Assembly (NCBI RefSeq): GCF_006345805.1
Contig: NW_021831839.1
Coordinates: 56 to 64,055 of the forward strand
DNA length: 64,000 nt
DNA from: Octopus sinensis
Lineage: Eukaryota
Direction: 5' to 3'
A program made the translations under genes and the position numbers. Under the pieces are notes generated by a model that had not been told where the DNA came from, made no database searches, and saw nothing but the letters and a program-made list of their open reading frames with translations. This document shows positions 24,700-37,879 of the stretch, piece by piece (position 1 is the stretch's first letter; each line of letters opens with the position of its first letter).

Positions 24700-25700
24700 T
24701 CCAGTTTCAAAAAAGAAGGAAACAGATGACCATTGGAAAACCAGATTGTCCCTGGAGAAACTAACTAGTGACTGAGAATCTTGTGTTGAGACAAACTATG
24801 ACATGTTCAAGTATTTATAATTGTTAACATTGGGCCTTATATTACATGCATTTTCCATGAGAAAGCCAGAAACACTGCAAAACTTGTTTGATTTAATTTG
24901 TCTTGCAAGTATCTCACCAAAAGTGGCTGCTAAAGAAGTTAATTTTGCTTTTCATACTGTTTCGCATGACTTGAATTTCAAAACATCTGACTGCTTATGA
25001 AAGATGATCTTCACACATTTTAGCCAAAGTTGCAGCTAGTCCTGACAAAATGGGAACCTGTAAATTTTTATGCAAAATTTGGAAGGTGCTATATTGGCAT
25101 TAAATGAAGCTGAGGTGTACATATTGTGCACAACTTCATGCCAATTAATATCAAATAACTCATGAAAATATTAAAATATTTTCTAATATATACAGGTCAT
25201 TTAATGTCTCTAAAAGAATTTTGTGACTTCGCCAGTGTGGGATACAAAAACATAATACAACATGGTAATATATCAGCAGTTGAAATAATTCTTCACGTTT
25301 GTTCTAGCAGAATTCTGCTGGGACTGGCAAAACAGGAAGATATGTTTTTAGTTTGAATATGGATAGATCAATTTTTTCAAGAAACTGGAGTACAATACTA
25401 AGTAGCAGGAGAAAAAACTATGAATTTGTACCTCAAAACGGAAAGGTTTTGCAGAGAAACCAGGACAAAAAATTAGGAAAAGCATTGGAAAAGTGAAGAA
25501 AGAGTGTAAAAGGTTTTATGAAAGATGTCTCCCATACCTAACCTATGGAAAGAGAACTTTAAACCAGCAGAAGACTGTTGTGGTTAGATATTTTGGCTAA
25601 TTGTTTTACAGTCTACAGTTAAAATCAAAGGATTGAAAAGCAATTAGTAAACATTGGTCAGTTATTTGATGTGGCTGTTATTGCAAAGTCTTTGAGCTTC
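24700..25700 (+). mobile_element. Decayed hAT-like transposase remnant
   Basis: VAAKEVNFAFHTVSHDLNFKTSDC (~24920-25000) and LKEFCDFASVGYKNIIQH (25162-25356) resemble hAT transposase motifs. Confidence 0.5.
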
Positions 25701-25915
25701 TAAAGCAGAAGTTTGGGCAACACAAAACTTTACGCATGTAAAATAGTGGCCAAATTATTTGCTCATTGCTAAGAGAAAATCTTAGTGCTGTAGTATGCAT
25801 TCACTATCTACATAGTACTTTTGCACCAGTGCATATGTGGTCAGAAAAGAGGTGCAAGTTAAAGTCAGTGGTTTTCTAATTACTAAATTAAACACCCACC
25901 TAAGCTGCTCAGATA

Positions 25916-26624
25916 TCTATATATATAAAACTCAACTTGTGTGTCTGTATGTGTATCTGTGTGTGTGTCTGTGCGTTTAACTTCCTGGCACATCTCCTCC
26001 TAGCCAACAAATCGTAGAACCACCAAAAATGGGTCACTTAAAGTTTAGGTGAATGTAAATTGAACTGCGCTATTTTTGTTCCGAAATTCATCTCGCAAGT
26101 GCAAAAATCGATAATGTGTTTGTTTAGGCCTTATCCCATGCATTGAATAGTGAACTTTACTCAGCTGTTTGACGTGAACTGTGTTCACCACGCGTGCAGG
26201 CATGTGTAAATTGCATGAAAAATAAAAAATCAAGATATAAAAATGAATCGCTGTAAACATTGTAGAAATTTGGCAAAGAAATGAATTTTCGGGATGTAGC
26301 CTGGAGGGTTTTTTCATATTAATCATTTGGACTTTGTGAACACACCAATTGTTTTCATAACATTTTTAACGCTTTGAATTAAATGTGACCATTTTGCATT
26401 GTGTCTGCAGTTTGAATCACTTTAACCAAATTTTAGCAGGCCGGATTTTTGATCATCACAATACATCGCCAGCGACTCCCTGAAACTCTCCCCTGAAATC
26501 CCCGTTGAGAGATCTATATATATAAAACTCAACTTATGTGTCTGTGTGTGTATCTGTGTTTGTGTGTTTAACTTTTGGATCTACCAAGTTTCATTATTAA
26601 GGATAGAAAGTAGTGTGTAGCAAA
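25916..26624 (+). mobile_element. Tandem non-autonomous Helitron-like heads (starts 25916 and 26513)
   Basis: Both begin A|TCTATATATATAAAACTCAACTT followed by (TG)n. No 3' CTAG end was identified. Confidence 0.6.
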
Positions 26625-27012
26625 TCTATATATATAAAGCTGAAGTTGTCTGTTGTGGCAGGTTTGGTAGCCTTCAACTAACTCTATCTCCTTCGAGACC
26701 CTGCAGCACAAGTTGACCAAAATTGAGAGTATAATAGATGAAGGCTTGCTCTTCATTCTGTAGAAGATAAAATTCAAATCGGACCATGTTAACACCAAAA
26801 ATTATTTACATCAAAAAGGTGCTTTTTTTCTATGAAAATCCCTATTTTTTATGATTTTTGACTGCTGTGTCACTATTTTTCGGTGTATTTCAACTGGAAA
26901 AATGTTTACTTGAAGAGAATAACAAGTTGCATAATGCAAAATTTTTACTTTTCAAAAATTCCAATTCTAAAGGGTTGAAACAAACCCAAGCAACACCAGG
27001 TGATACTGCTAG
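26625..27012 (+). mobile_element. Complete non-autonomous Helitron
   Basis: 5' TC (TCTATATATATAAAGCTG), 3' CTAG at 27009-27012 preceded by a decayed GC hairpin, inserted between A and T. Confidence 0.8.
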
Positions 27013-29079
27013 TTTTTGATAAAATTTAAAATATCAAATTTCCTATGAAAATATTTCCAAAAGAACAGTATGAAAGTAGTTGGCAGTTGAATAAGATGTT
27101 ACTTGTCAATAGAAACAGATAATTGTATACACTTATTCTATCAGGTAAAGAACTAGCTGCTTTGTACATCTGATTCCTGTCGCTTTGTCTCATACCCAGC
27201 TGTTAAACCTTCTAAGTGAGAAAGATCAATCATATATCTTACCAGTTCACATGTATCACTTCAGTACTTGCCAGGAATTGCCTTCATATAAGAACAAAAT
27301 AGGCAGTTATGTTAATACATTTGCAGAGAAAAGTCCTCCAGATGGCCCACTCTTCTTTAACACCCATCCCATATGCTGTAACTCTTCATCATTCATGGTA
27401 TTTCCACTGTCCCAAGTTTCAGTTCCTATAATCCTGGTTTCAATCTAAAAAAAAAGTGAGTCTACACTCACACACACTTGCACGCACAAACATATATAGT
27501 TTAAAGAAAATAAACGTTAAAAAGGTCAACGCAGGAAGAAAGAAAGTTCGATAACTATGTTATTGTTTTAATGCTTGTATATATATGTCATATATATATA
27601 TATCATATATATAATATATATATGTATGTTGTTTAATGTACTTAGTATATATTTTCATATATTGAAGATATTATCTAGTCAAGTTTTAAAGCATGCCTAT
27701 GTTTGGTGAAAAAAATGGAAAAAGAAAGGTAAAAAAGAATTAGTTACATTCCCTTTGACTGTAGAATCATAAGGCTAGATGAGGCAGAATCATTGGAAGG
27801 GGTCTAAAGTGTACAAAACAGCTTCTCATTCTGGTGAGGTTGGTATTCTCCAGTTTGCCAAAAGAAACTTTGCCATATGTTTACATTTGCTGAAAATTTC
27901 TGATCTGGAATTCAACAGTGTGGTGGAAGTTTTAGATCTAAAAAGGATGTGTAAAACTGCATAACTTTCATTTGTTTTATCCATTAACATATGACATGGA
28001 TTTTTCTATAGTTTTCCACTTGATTGTATGTGGTGTGGAGTGTGTCGTAAAACCCATATATGGCTAGCTGACTTAGTTTTGTCCATGTGCCGGAAAAACA
28101 TAGGTGTTCAGTGTGGCATTTTTTGAAGTTGCCTTTATACAACCTGATGTAATTCTTCTTTTTAGTTATGTTGTCATATAGTGTAACTGTAATTTCTGCT
28201 TCATATAAGATGAAGTTTATTGGGCACCCCTAGTTGAGTGGACAACGAATGGACAAGCTTCAGAGTCTCAGCAGTTATAACTGGAAGTGGGCTCTTGGTG
28301 GTGGTTATGGATGATGATGCTCTTTATATTGGGGGCAGCAGCTTTATGATAATTTATTTATCTGTTAAAGATCTTTCTGTACTTGTGATTTTCTGAGAAA
28401 CGCTTATCTAAGAGAGAGAGAGGAATTTTTAAACTAAATTAGCTTTAACATTTTGGGAGAGTGAGGGCAAACCAAATTAATTTCCTATTCTAAGGTGCAT
28501 CTTTTATTATTCATATTATTACTAGAAAAGTTGTAACATAAATTATCTTTGAAGCTACCATTACCTAGGACATTTTCATAGTAAGAGGCTCATCAAAAAT
28601 CTCTTTAGTGGAAGAGAGGTTAAATATCCTGCTATTAATGTTTAGCTATCAGGTTTCTAAACCTGGTAGCAAAACTGCTTGTGAGTGCAGTTAAGTTTCT
28701 TGTTGCGTTTATGATATGGTTTATTAGAGTGAAAGTTTAGATCTCGGGAAACATCTTAAAATTGACTTTTAACAAATCGGTCATGACTGTGATTTTGAGG
28801 CTTAATTGACTAAAGGTAGTGAGTATGATCATTGCGGCCATGAGAAATTCCCAATCCATTGTTTAGGTGTAGACCAACATTGTGGGATGGGGACATTGAA
28901 CAATTCATTTGTATCAGATTTCTTAATCCATGGCTATCACTTACTTATCTACTTGCCCTCTTATTTCAGTCACACTCTTACTATCCTCTCTCACTCATGC
29001 TATTTCCCCCAACACTGTTCTGTCTAACTATTCAGCTGGTAAAGTCTCTTTCACCTTACAGTGTAGAAGGCAATCACTA

Positions 29080-29400
29080 CTAAAATTTCACTCATATCAT
29101 TCTATAAAGTGGTTGATGAGCTGTCTAGGATTAGTTAATAACTTATATTACCTAATTAATGAAAAGGGCAGGGGATCAGAGAGCATAGTAGTAAAGGTAA
29201 GAACTGATTGGAAGAAGTTCAGAAAGTTATGACCTCTGCTGGCAACAAAGGGTTTTTTTCTCAGAGTGTAAGATGGATTACATGATGCTTGTATATGAAG
29301 TGTGATGCTGTTTAAAAGTGAGACATGGGCCTCTTTGAGTGCAAATTTATGAAGAGTAGAATTAAATGAACTGAACATAGTCTGCTGGATGTGTAATAGT
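29080..29400 (+). mobile_element. Very old RTE fragment
   Basis: ESIVVKVRTDWKKFRKL*PLLATKG resembles ESVTARIRIAWAKFRELLPLLVTKG in ORF 61341-62006. Confidence 0.65.
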
Positions 29401-32050
29401 ATACTATACTAGTGTAAGTATAGCATATACTATACTAGTGTAAGTATAGTATCATATATTATGTTTGCAAAATGATATAATCTGACCTTGCCAGCAATTT
29501 ATATGTGTGTACTGTTTGCCAGGAATGCGTTTAATATGTAAATTAGTCTATCCAGTTGTGTCACACTGTTGAACATATTGGGTATTGAAGCAATGTATCC
29601 ATGGACTGTTGGTGGGTTAGATGTGGTATTAATGAAAGAGCAATAACTCTTGAAATATGTAAATACACCCATTACCTTCATTTTCTCTCTTCAATTGCAT
29701 TGTTTACATAGACATATTCATTCGCAAATGTTGTAACTGGCAGTGCTGATTCTGGAAAGCTATCACTATAAAGCACCATAGGAGGGAGACAAGTACAGTT
29801 TGACAATACAAGAATACACTGTTTGCTTTATCATTTTTTTGTCAAAATCATATTTCATTTGAAAGTTTTCTATGTGAACTTTCTTCTCATATAATTTGAA
29901 TCAAAATCCGACTCATGGCATTTTATGCCATTTTCCTTCAATCACCCTGGTATCTCCACCCATTCACAAAGTTTGTCCTTTTTTTTTTTTATTTTGACTA
30001 CTGAAAGGTAGCTCTCATCTTTGTTCAGTGTGCTGGAGCACTATAACTTGATTCTTTTGCAGACCATACTGTCATGAAAAGGACTTTTACTGCTTTATTT
30101 TGATATAAAAATCAATGAAAGTAGGTCAAATATTCCCTATGACATATAAAAGTGAAAATGTTATCATCAACTTTCACTTAGAAAATAGTACATTTTCTTC
30201 AAGATTTTTATGTCATAAGAAAGAAAAATTACTTGCCAGTTAGATATGATCATTGCTGAATCTGGCCACAGTATGGTGAAAAAGTGCAAAGTCAATAAAG
30301 AAAATGGTACACTGACACTACTAGTCTCTGTGGTGAGAGGTTAAACAGAACACAAATCTGAGGTTTCAGAATCCAAGGCTCTGGTTTGGGCCAGTGTTTC
30401 AAGAAATGAACTAATTACTAAGTAAACATATTTCTATAGAAAAATGCACTAAAATGAGCTGCTTCAGACTTCTAGAACCCATAATTAGCATAGAATGATT
30501 GTATTGTGAATCTTTATTCCCTCTTGTTGTGTAACAAAGTGTGAAGATTGATGTCTGAATTATACCTTGTGGATATTCTTGTACATGTAAATTTCATTGA
30601 GAAATATTGGTCAAATTTTGCAAACACAATTATATTGTACAATGAATATTATTTTGTAGACTATTTAGGTTCAATATGAAGCATTTTCTTTCCCAATTTT
30701 GAATATAGTTGGATAATTTGTAGTAGTGTTTACATAGTCATTTTAGGTTTTTGTCTCTCTCTCCTACTAACAAGTTTGCTATGTTACAGATGTTTTTAAT
30801 ATCTTTAATTCAAGCTTTTAATGCTAAAGCAAGGAATTAGATTTTACATTTTGTTTGTCTTTTAATCTGGGTCTACATGCAATTCTGAGAAAGGTGCCAG
30901 GTCATCATGTCATGTGCTAGAAGCAACAGCTAAATCTTCTGTAAATCATACACTTTTTCATTTGAAAATGTTTTCAAAGATCATTTCATAACCCAAACGT
31001 TTCTCTTGTTTTTTTAAGTGCATTGTACAGAAAAAAGAGACCAAAATCAGTCCAGAGGGGAGGAAAGGAGGTTGGAAAAAATCATAGATTTTCAATAAAT
31101 TTTTCTATAACATACCTTGCCCTGTCATATCCAAGGCGGTGGTGAAAAGAAAATTGGAAAAATCCCCATCAAAATTCAGCTTAGATGGACATCCTGACCC
31201 CAACTCTGCTGCTTATAGCTATTTTTAATAGCCCATTAAAATTGTATTGAAATGGTGTCATGATCCCAAATCTCAGGATTTATTTAGCTTGTATCTATTA
31301 CAAATATGCCAAAACTCAAGTCCTTGTGACTCGTACTTTTGAATTTAGCTAAGTCTGAAAACCCTGAAATTGACTGTTTGTTACATGTAACAAAATAGGT
31401 TTTACATAAATATTTTTAAAATTGCTCCCAAAACAAAGTTTTATATTCAAAAACCTGAAAAAAAATAGAAAGAAAAAGAAAGCCACCTATTTGTGTAATA
31501 CAAGTTGGTTATCACCTCAGTTTCAAAGATATATTACAAAATGGTCAATTATTCATGTAGGCTAATTAGGCAAGATTTTAACAAATTCACTGGACACCCA
31601 AGTCATCATATCTCCTAAAATATTCATTCAAATTTCACAAATGAGGTATCAAAATGTTTGTTTTTGGATGCTCTCCAAGAAAATGTACAGTAGAAATTAC
31701 ATTTAAATAGTTTCAAAAATTCATAGTGACCCCTATAGAAAATCATATTTTACTTGGATGTTCTGAGGTATTTGAAAGAGAGAGTGTAATGGAAGATGCT
31801 AAAGATATGACTAAACAAAACACTGTTTTTTCTTTGCATTTTTTAGATTAACTGTGTCTAGTATTTTTATTACTTATCCTCTATACTGCTCTTCCTAATT
31901 TCACCATGATAATACTTGCTCATGGGTTCCTGTTTTTGCAAAGACAAGTTCCTATGATTTATGTTGAATTATTTTTTACACTATTATTTTGCATCACGGA
32001 CTATTTGTAGAAATTGTTCCTATCAGTATTTATCATTTTCTTTGTAGATA

Positions 32051-32105
32051 ATGGAATTTAACCCGTTATATTTGAAATACTTGTTCCTTGCACAATGCTT
32101 CTGTG
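32051..32105 (+). CDS. Putative first coding exon of a host gene, encoding a signal peptide (exon 32048-32105, phase-1 donor)
   Basis: Acceptor TTTTCTTTGTAG|, Kozak ATAATGG, reading MEFNPLYLKYLFLAQCFC+G, donor GTG|GTAAGT. Confidence 0.6.
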
Positions 32106-32394
32106 GTAAGTAACAATATGTCTCTTATATAAACATTTTTATTCAGAATTTTTAATTGTCATAAATTTGTATCCACTGTAGAATTTAATCATAACTATTG
32201 CTGTTTGATCCTAAGGCCAGTGCTGATAAATTATGTTTAAAGGTGTTGCATATGTTGATATTTCATATTGTTTTTGCAGCTTCATTTTCCATTATTAAGG
32301 TGATAAGTGGTGATTTGAGGTGAATTTGGCTGCTATTTCTAGCAGATTGACTTGAACCTGACTAGCCTACATCTATTTTCATGGCTACTATATA

Positions 32395-32547
32395 TTGGCA
32401 CAGTTATAGAGCTTAGAAGTTTGTGTTCCAAACAACTAGCTTTGGGTTCAGTTTCACTGCATGGCACCTTAAGCAAGTATGTTATACTATAGCTCCAGAT
32501 CAACCAAAGCATTCTGAGTAGATGTGGCAGATAACTGAAAGCCCATC

Positions 32548-32548
<1 letters not shown>
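32395..32548 (+). mobile_element. Decayed tRNA-SINE 5' half
   Basis: GGGTTCAGTTTCACTGCATGGCACCTTAAGCAAGT...ACTGAAAGCCCATC is homologous to 9690-9800. Confidence 0.7.
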
Positions 32549-32600
<52 letters not shown>

Positions 32601-32686
32601 TGAGAAAGCACGTGGTTGAATATATAGAAAATAGTAAAAAGTGAAAAAACTACAGAAGGCTTGTTTTAAAAGGTTAAAAAATATAT

Positions 32687-34680
32687 TTAGTTAGTTAGTT
32701 AGTTAGTTAATTTGGCTCAAAAGCAAATAGCAAGGCCATGTAGGGGGACATGGAGTTAAGTACAGGGTGGTGTTCATGTAAAGAGTTCAGGCCACTTGAG
32801 GTCCAGGGAGGCTTTGAACAAAGCGGTCGTCGGCATCTTCACCATCTCGTCTGGCAGCTTGTTCCACGGATCTGCAACCCGGACGGAGAAAGTTCCTCTC
32901 CTTCGATTGAGATGAAATCGTCGCAGGTAGAGCTTTTCGGAATGACCCCGCAGCCAACGCTCCGGAGCAGGAGTGAAGAACAGCTCTTTCGAGAGGTTAC
33001 ACTTCCCGCTTATGATGTTGTGGGCGAGAATGAGATCACCACGGCGGCAGCGTTTTTCAAGAGAACAAAGGTCGAGCGTCCTCAGCCTTTCTTCATAGGA
33101 CAAATTTTTGAGACCATGAACCATGCGGGTAGCCAGCCTCTGGACTCTTTCGAGGTGCTGTATGTCTTTGAGGAGATAAGGAGAAGAGGCTTGAATCCCA
33201 TACTCCAATATGGGTCTCACCAGCGTGACATAGAGTGGCAGGAATATGGCTGCTGTGAGCATTCCGAATGACCGTCGAATCAAAAACAGAATTCCGCGCG
33301 CTTTGTTGGCAGCATGGACGCACTGGGCCGAAGGCGAAAAGGAGGAATCCACCAAGATACTCAGGTCCTTTACCTGATCGGTCCTCTCCAGCAGCAGACG
33401 ACCCGGCTCGAAATCAAGTTGAGTTGCAGGAGTAGAGCCGACAGGCAGATGACAGCACTTTGACACGTTCAGACACAGGTCCCAATCGTTAGACCACTTC
33501 CAAATTTGGTGGAGGCATCGACGAAGATCCTCTATACTACCGCGAGGAGCGACCAGTTTGATATTGTCGGCAAATAGAAGGGTGTGTTCCGTGAGGTCGT
33601 CGGGCAAGTCGTTTATGAAGACTAAGAACAACAAGGGCCCAAGCACTGAACCTTGAGGCACGCCACTGCTCGCACTGGAGACGTTGGACCGTGAACCATT
33701 AACTTGAACTTGGAAGGAGCGATCTGAGAGGAAGGCACCAACCCATCGTACAATATCCGGATGGAAACTATATGCTTGAAGCTTGACAAGTAGTAGGCGG
33801 TGGTTTACCGAGTCAAAAGCTTTGGCAAAGTCCAATAAAACGATGTCAACAGCATCACTATCATCGAGGATGCGCGTCACCAATTCTTCCATTACTAGTA
33901 AGTTGGTCAAGCATGATCTCTTCGGCACGAAGCCGTGTTGGGAATCAGTGATCGAGGCTGTGTTTAGGAGGTGGAGCATCATACTTTTCTTAAGGATGGT
34001 TTCGAACATCTTGCTGATTATTGATGTAAGGGAAACCGGTCGGTAGTTAAGCGGGCCTTCGCGGCTCCCTTTCTTGAAAATTGGGCAGATTATCGCTGTT
34101 CTCCAGTCTGCAGGTATAACACCCGTCGCCAATGACATATTGAATAGTCGTGTTAAGGGCTCGCAAATGACCGGAGCCAACGCTTTGATAACCAGTGGGT
34201 GTATGCCGTCAGGGCCGTGATCCTTGTTGACATCGAGGCCTTGAATAACACGTTTGACTTGGTCCCGCGTGATGATCAATCGAAGCATTGGAGGTACCGA
34301 TCTATCAAATGGAGGGGGTTCACGACCATCATCTTGTTTGAAAATAGTTGAAAAAGCCTCAGCAAATAATTGACTCTGTTGATAAGGATCCTCAATCGAT
34401 ACGCCTGTTGAGTCTACCAACGTTGCAATCTGGTTGTTCAAGCGGGAATTCCGCTGGACATGGGCAAAGAAGGTTTTGGGATTGCTACTGGCATTTGCCG
34501 CGATTTTGTATTCATAACTGAAGCGTTCCTTCTTTTCAATTTTCACGGCTCGGTCTCGTTGAGTTTTGTACACCTCAAAAGCTGCAGTCGAATCCAGATT
34601 TTTGAATTCAGCCCAAGCAATATCTCTGAGTCGACGTTCTCGTTTAACCTTCTTCGTCACCCAGGGCTTGTGTTTCTTCT
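32687..34680 (-). mobile_element. Young 5'-truncated CR1/Jockey-group LINE with (CTAA)n tail
   Basis: Long open RT ORF, short 3'UTR, and a TTAG tandem tail at 32687-32709. Confidence 0.92.
32774..34660 (-). CDS. LINE ORF2 reverse transcriptase, partial (628 aa open; catalytic FADD reads FADN)
   Basis: GPDGIHP, YRPVSLTS, QHGF, LDFAKAFDSVNH, SGVPQGSVLGPLLF, FADN, WNKLP. The APE domain is missing. Confidence 0.85.
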   Translation of the reverse strand: MTKKVKRERRLRDIAWAEFKNLDSTAAFEVYKTQRDRAVKIEKKERFSYEYKIAANASSNPKTFFAHVQRNSRLNNQIATLVDSTGVSIEDPYQQSQLFAEAFSTIFKQDDGREPPPFDRSVPPMLRLIITRDQVKRVIQGLDVNKDHGPDGIHPLVIKALAPVICEPLTRLFNMSLATGVIPADWRTAIICPIFKKGSREGPLNYRPVSLTSIISKMFETILKKSMMLHLLNTASITDSQHGFVPKRSCLTNLLVMEELVTRILDDSDAVDIVLLDFAKAFDSVNHRLLLVKLQAYSFHPDIVRWVGAFLSDRSFQVQVNGSRSNVSSASSGVPQGSVLGPLLFLVFINDLPDDLTEHTLLFADNIKLVAPRGSIEDLRRCLHQIWKWSNDWDLCLNVSKCCHLPVGSTPATQLDFEPGRLLLERTDQVKDLSILVDSSFSPSAQCVHAANKARGILFLIRRSFGMLTAAIFLPLYVTLVRPILEYGIQASSPYLLKDIQHLERVQRLATRMVHGLKNLSYEERLRTLDLCSLEKRCRRGDLILAHNIISGKCNLSKELFFTPAPERWLRGHSEKLYLRRFHLNRRRGTFSVRVADPWNKLPDEMVKMPTTALFKASLDLKWPELFT

Positions 34681-35195
34681 CCTTATCTCCTCAAGCTTCT
34701 TCTCCTTATCTCCTCAAAGACATACATCATCTCGAAAGAGTCCAGAAGCTGGCTACCTGCATGGTTCTTGGTCTCAAGCATTTGTCTTATGAAGAAAGGC
34801 TGAAGACGCTCGACCTTTATTCTCTCGAAAAACACAGCCACCGTGGTTATCTCATTCTCACTCACAACATCATAAGCGGAAAGTGTAACCTCTCAAAAGA
34901 GCTGTTCTTCACTCCTGCTCCAGAGCGTGGGTTGCAGGGTCACTCCGAAAAGCTCTATTTATGACGATTTCATCTCAATTGAAGGAGAGGGGCTTTCTCC
35001 GTCCGGGTTGAGGATCCGTGGAATAAGCTGCCGGATGAGATAGTGAAGATGCCGATGACTGCTCGGTTCAAAGTCTCTCTTGACCAGAAATAGCCTGAAC
35101 TCTTTGTATGACCACCCTCCCTGTACATATCTCTCTGTCCCCCTACATGGCCTTGCTTTTGCTTTTTGAGCCAATAAAAATTGAATTGAATTGAA
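34681..35195 (+). mobile_element. Older 3' fragment of the same CR1-like family, head-to-head with the minus copy; (AATTG)n tail
   Basis: QASSPYLLKDIHHLERVQKLAT...WNKLPDE is paralogous to the C-terminus of the 628-aa ORF, with many CpG-decay changes and stops. Confidence 0.9.
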
Positions 35196-35199
35196 AAAA

Positions 35200-37608
35200 T
35201 ACTCTGCCAGAACCTTGGACCCTACACTACAAAAATGTTTTGCTGTTTTTACCAAGTTTGCCCTCAGTAGCTGCCCAAACTCCTCTGCTGAAAGCTTCCC
35301 TGGAATTATATCAGGGAAGCTTTGTATACCACATCAATAGATACTTTCGGCATGAGAGAAAGGCAAAACCCAGATTGGTTCAGTGCTGAGCTCTCAGCTG
35401 GAAACAGTTATCGAAGCAAAGTGTGCAGCTCTGATGCAATACAAGAGTGATTCTTCTACAAAGTCACTCAAAGAACTCAGAAAGGCAAGAAATAAAACCC
35501 AACTGACTGCCAGACGCCATGCAAATAGGTACTGGCAGGAAATCTGTCAGAGTATCCAGTCAGCTGCTGACGGTGGTGACACCTGTGGGATGTATGCCGG
35601 TTTGAGAAGGCCCTCGGTCCATCCGCAACTAAGTCAGCCCCTCTGAAATCAACTACTGGAGATCTCATCAAGGACCAAATCAAGCAAATGGATAGATTAG
35701 TGGAGTACTACCAGGATCTCTACTCACGGGAGACCACGGTAGCTGAGTCTGCAATCGAGGATGTCAAGATCTTCCCAGTCATGTGTGAACTTGACAGTCT
35801 GCCATCTATAGCAGAACTCACCAAGGCTATTGACTCCCTAGCAAGAAATAATGCTCCGGGAAAAGATGGCATCCCCTCAGAGATCATCAAAACCGGCAAA
35901 AACACCATCCTGCTTCAGCACCTTCATGAGCTTCTGTATCAGTGCTGGGAAGAGGGTACAGTCGCTCAGGATATGCAGGATGCTAACATCATTACACTTT
36001 GCAAAAACAAAGGTGACCGTGGTAATTGTAACAATTACCGTGGAATATCTCTTCTAAGCACTGTTGGAAAGACCTTTGCTCACGTTATCCTGTCCAGGCT
36101 ACAACTGCTTACTTCTCAAATTTATTCAGAATCACAGTGTGGCTTTAGAAGAAGCAGATCAACTATTGACATGATATTCTCCATACTTCAGGAGAAGTCC
36201 AGACAGCAGAAAATGTCATTAGATATGGTCTTCATTGATCTGACAAAAGCCTTTGACTTGGTAAGTAGAAAAGTCCTCTTCATCCTGCTCCAATAAATCG
36301 GATGTCCACTAAAGCTGCTGGGGATCATCAAATCTTTCCATGATGATATGCAAGACATCATACAGCACAACGATTCAACATCAGCCGCCTTCCAAATAAA
36401 AAATGGGGTAAAGCAAGGTTGTTCCTTGCTCTTATATTATTTGGCATCTTCTTCTCACTGCTGCTGTCACATGCCTTTGAGACATCAGATGATGGAATCT
36501 TTCTGTACAGTAGAAGTGATGGGAAACTGTTCACTCTCTCGCGTCTGTGTGCCAAGACCAAAATCAAAAGTGTCCTGATCAAGGAAATACTATTTGCTGA
36601 TGATGCCGCTCTGGTATCACACACAGAAGAAGCCTTGCAAAGGCTTATCAACTGTTTTGAGCAAGCATGTAGTGACTTTGGCTTAGTTATCAGCCTCAAG
36701 AAGACCAACATCATGGGTCAGGCTACATAGGACATCCCAAACACACATATTGGAGACCACAGACTACAGGAAGTGGAGAAGTTTACTTATTTTGGCTCTA
36801 CCGTCACCTACAACCTATCCCTTGATGCTGAGCTAAATATACGCATTGGCAAGGCAGATGCTGTGATGGCCCAACTCTCCAAATGGGCATGGGACAACAA
36901 TAAGCTGACCAAGACCACAAAAATGAAGATTTACCAGGCATGTGTACTTAGCACTCTACTGTATGGAAGTGAGTCTTGGACACCATATACACGCCAAGAG
37001 CGTCGCCTAAATATCTTTCACCTGCACTGCCTCTGGAAAATCCTTCTCATCAAATGGCAGGACCATGTCTCCAACAAAGATATCCTCAAGCAAGCAGGAA
37101 TACCAAGCTTGTTTGCACTCCTCACACAAAGACGTATGAGGTGGCTTGGACATGTTAGCCATATGGAAGATGGCAGAATCCCCAAGGACATACTCTATGG
37201 AGAGCTTGCTTGGGGCACTAGGTCTGTGGGAAGACAGTTCTTACGATACAAGGATGTTTGCAAAAGGGACATGAAGGCCTGCAACATTAATATAACCAAC
37301 TGGGAAGCAGTTGCCAGCAACCGTGGAGATTGGCGACGTACTGTAAAAGAGGGAACACAAAGGAGTGACATAGAGAGAGAGGAGAAATGGAAAAACAAGA
37401 AAAGATTTCAAGAAGAAACTATGACATTACAACCAGCCAGGCAAAGTCTTCGCTACATTTGTGGCACCTGCTTGAGGGATTGTTTGTCCAGTATAGGACT
37501 ACACAGCCAAAGCAGGAGATGTATTAGGACATGAAATGTAAAAGCCAGACTAGATTATTTTATATGCAACTCCATTGTCTCGCGAGACTAAAAGGATGCC
37601 AACAACAA
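35200..37608 (+). mobile_element. RTE-BovB-like LINE copy A (5'-truncated)
   Basis: ORFs 35688-36296, 36419-36730 (LFADDAAL) and 36773-37534 (RRMRWLGHV). 3' end GATGCCAACAACAA. Confidence 0.92.
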
Positions 37609-37879
37609 TATATATGGATTTCGTAGACAGGAACTGAAACAAATCAACTGTATATATATATATATATGTATGTATATATGTAAGTGTATGTGTGTGTCTT
37701 TGTGTTTCACCCTCATCACTGCTGTTCATTTATTTACATCCACACAACCGACTGTTTTCACAAGAACAAACTAATAGAATAAGTACCAGGCTTATCGACA
37801 TAAATAAAGCACTAGGCTGTGTCTCATATTTTTGTTTGCCCACTCAGTTGTATCTATCAATTTGTCTTTTTATGTGTGT

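Noticed and set aside
23841-27095. CTGCCAACT / AGTTGGCAG as hAT terminal inverted repeats
   Set aside because: The match is only 9 bp and there is no 8-bp TSD.
27765-27833. Exon-like segment with good acceptor and donor
   Set aside because: It has stops in all three frames. It could only be a 5'UTR exon, which cannot be supported without RNA data.
30765-30860. Perfect branch point TACTAAC plus acceptor at 30789
   Set aside because: All downstream frames close quickly and no clear donor follows, so it was not called as coding.
32750-34046. Plus-strand ORFs antisense to the CR1 RT, and similar shadow ORFs over other LINEs
   Set aside because: They are shadow frames of TE coding sequence with no independent motifs.
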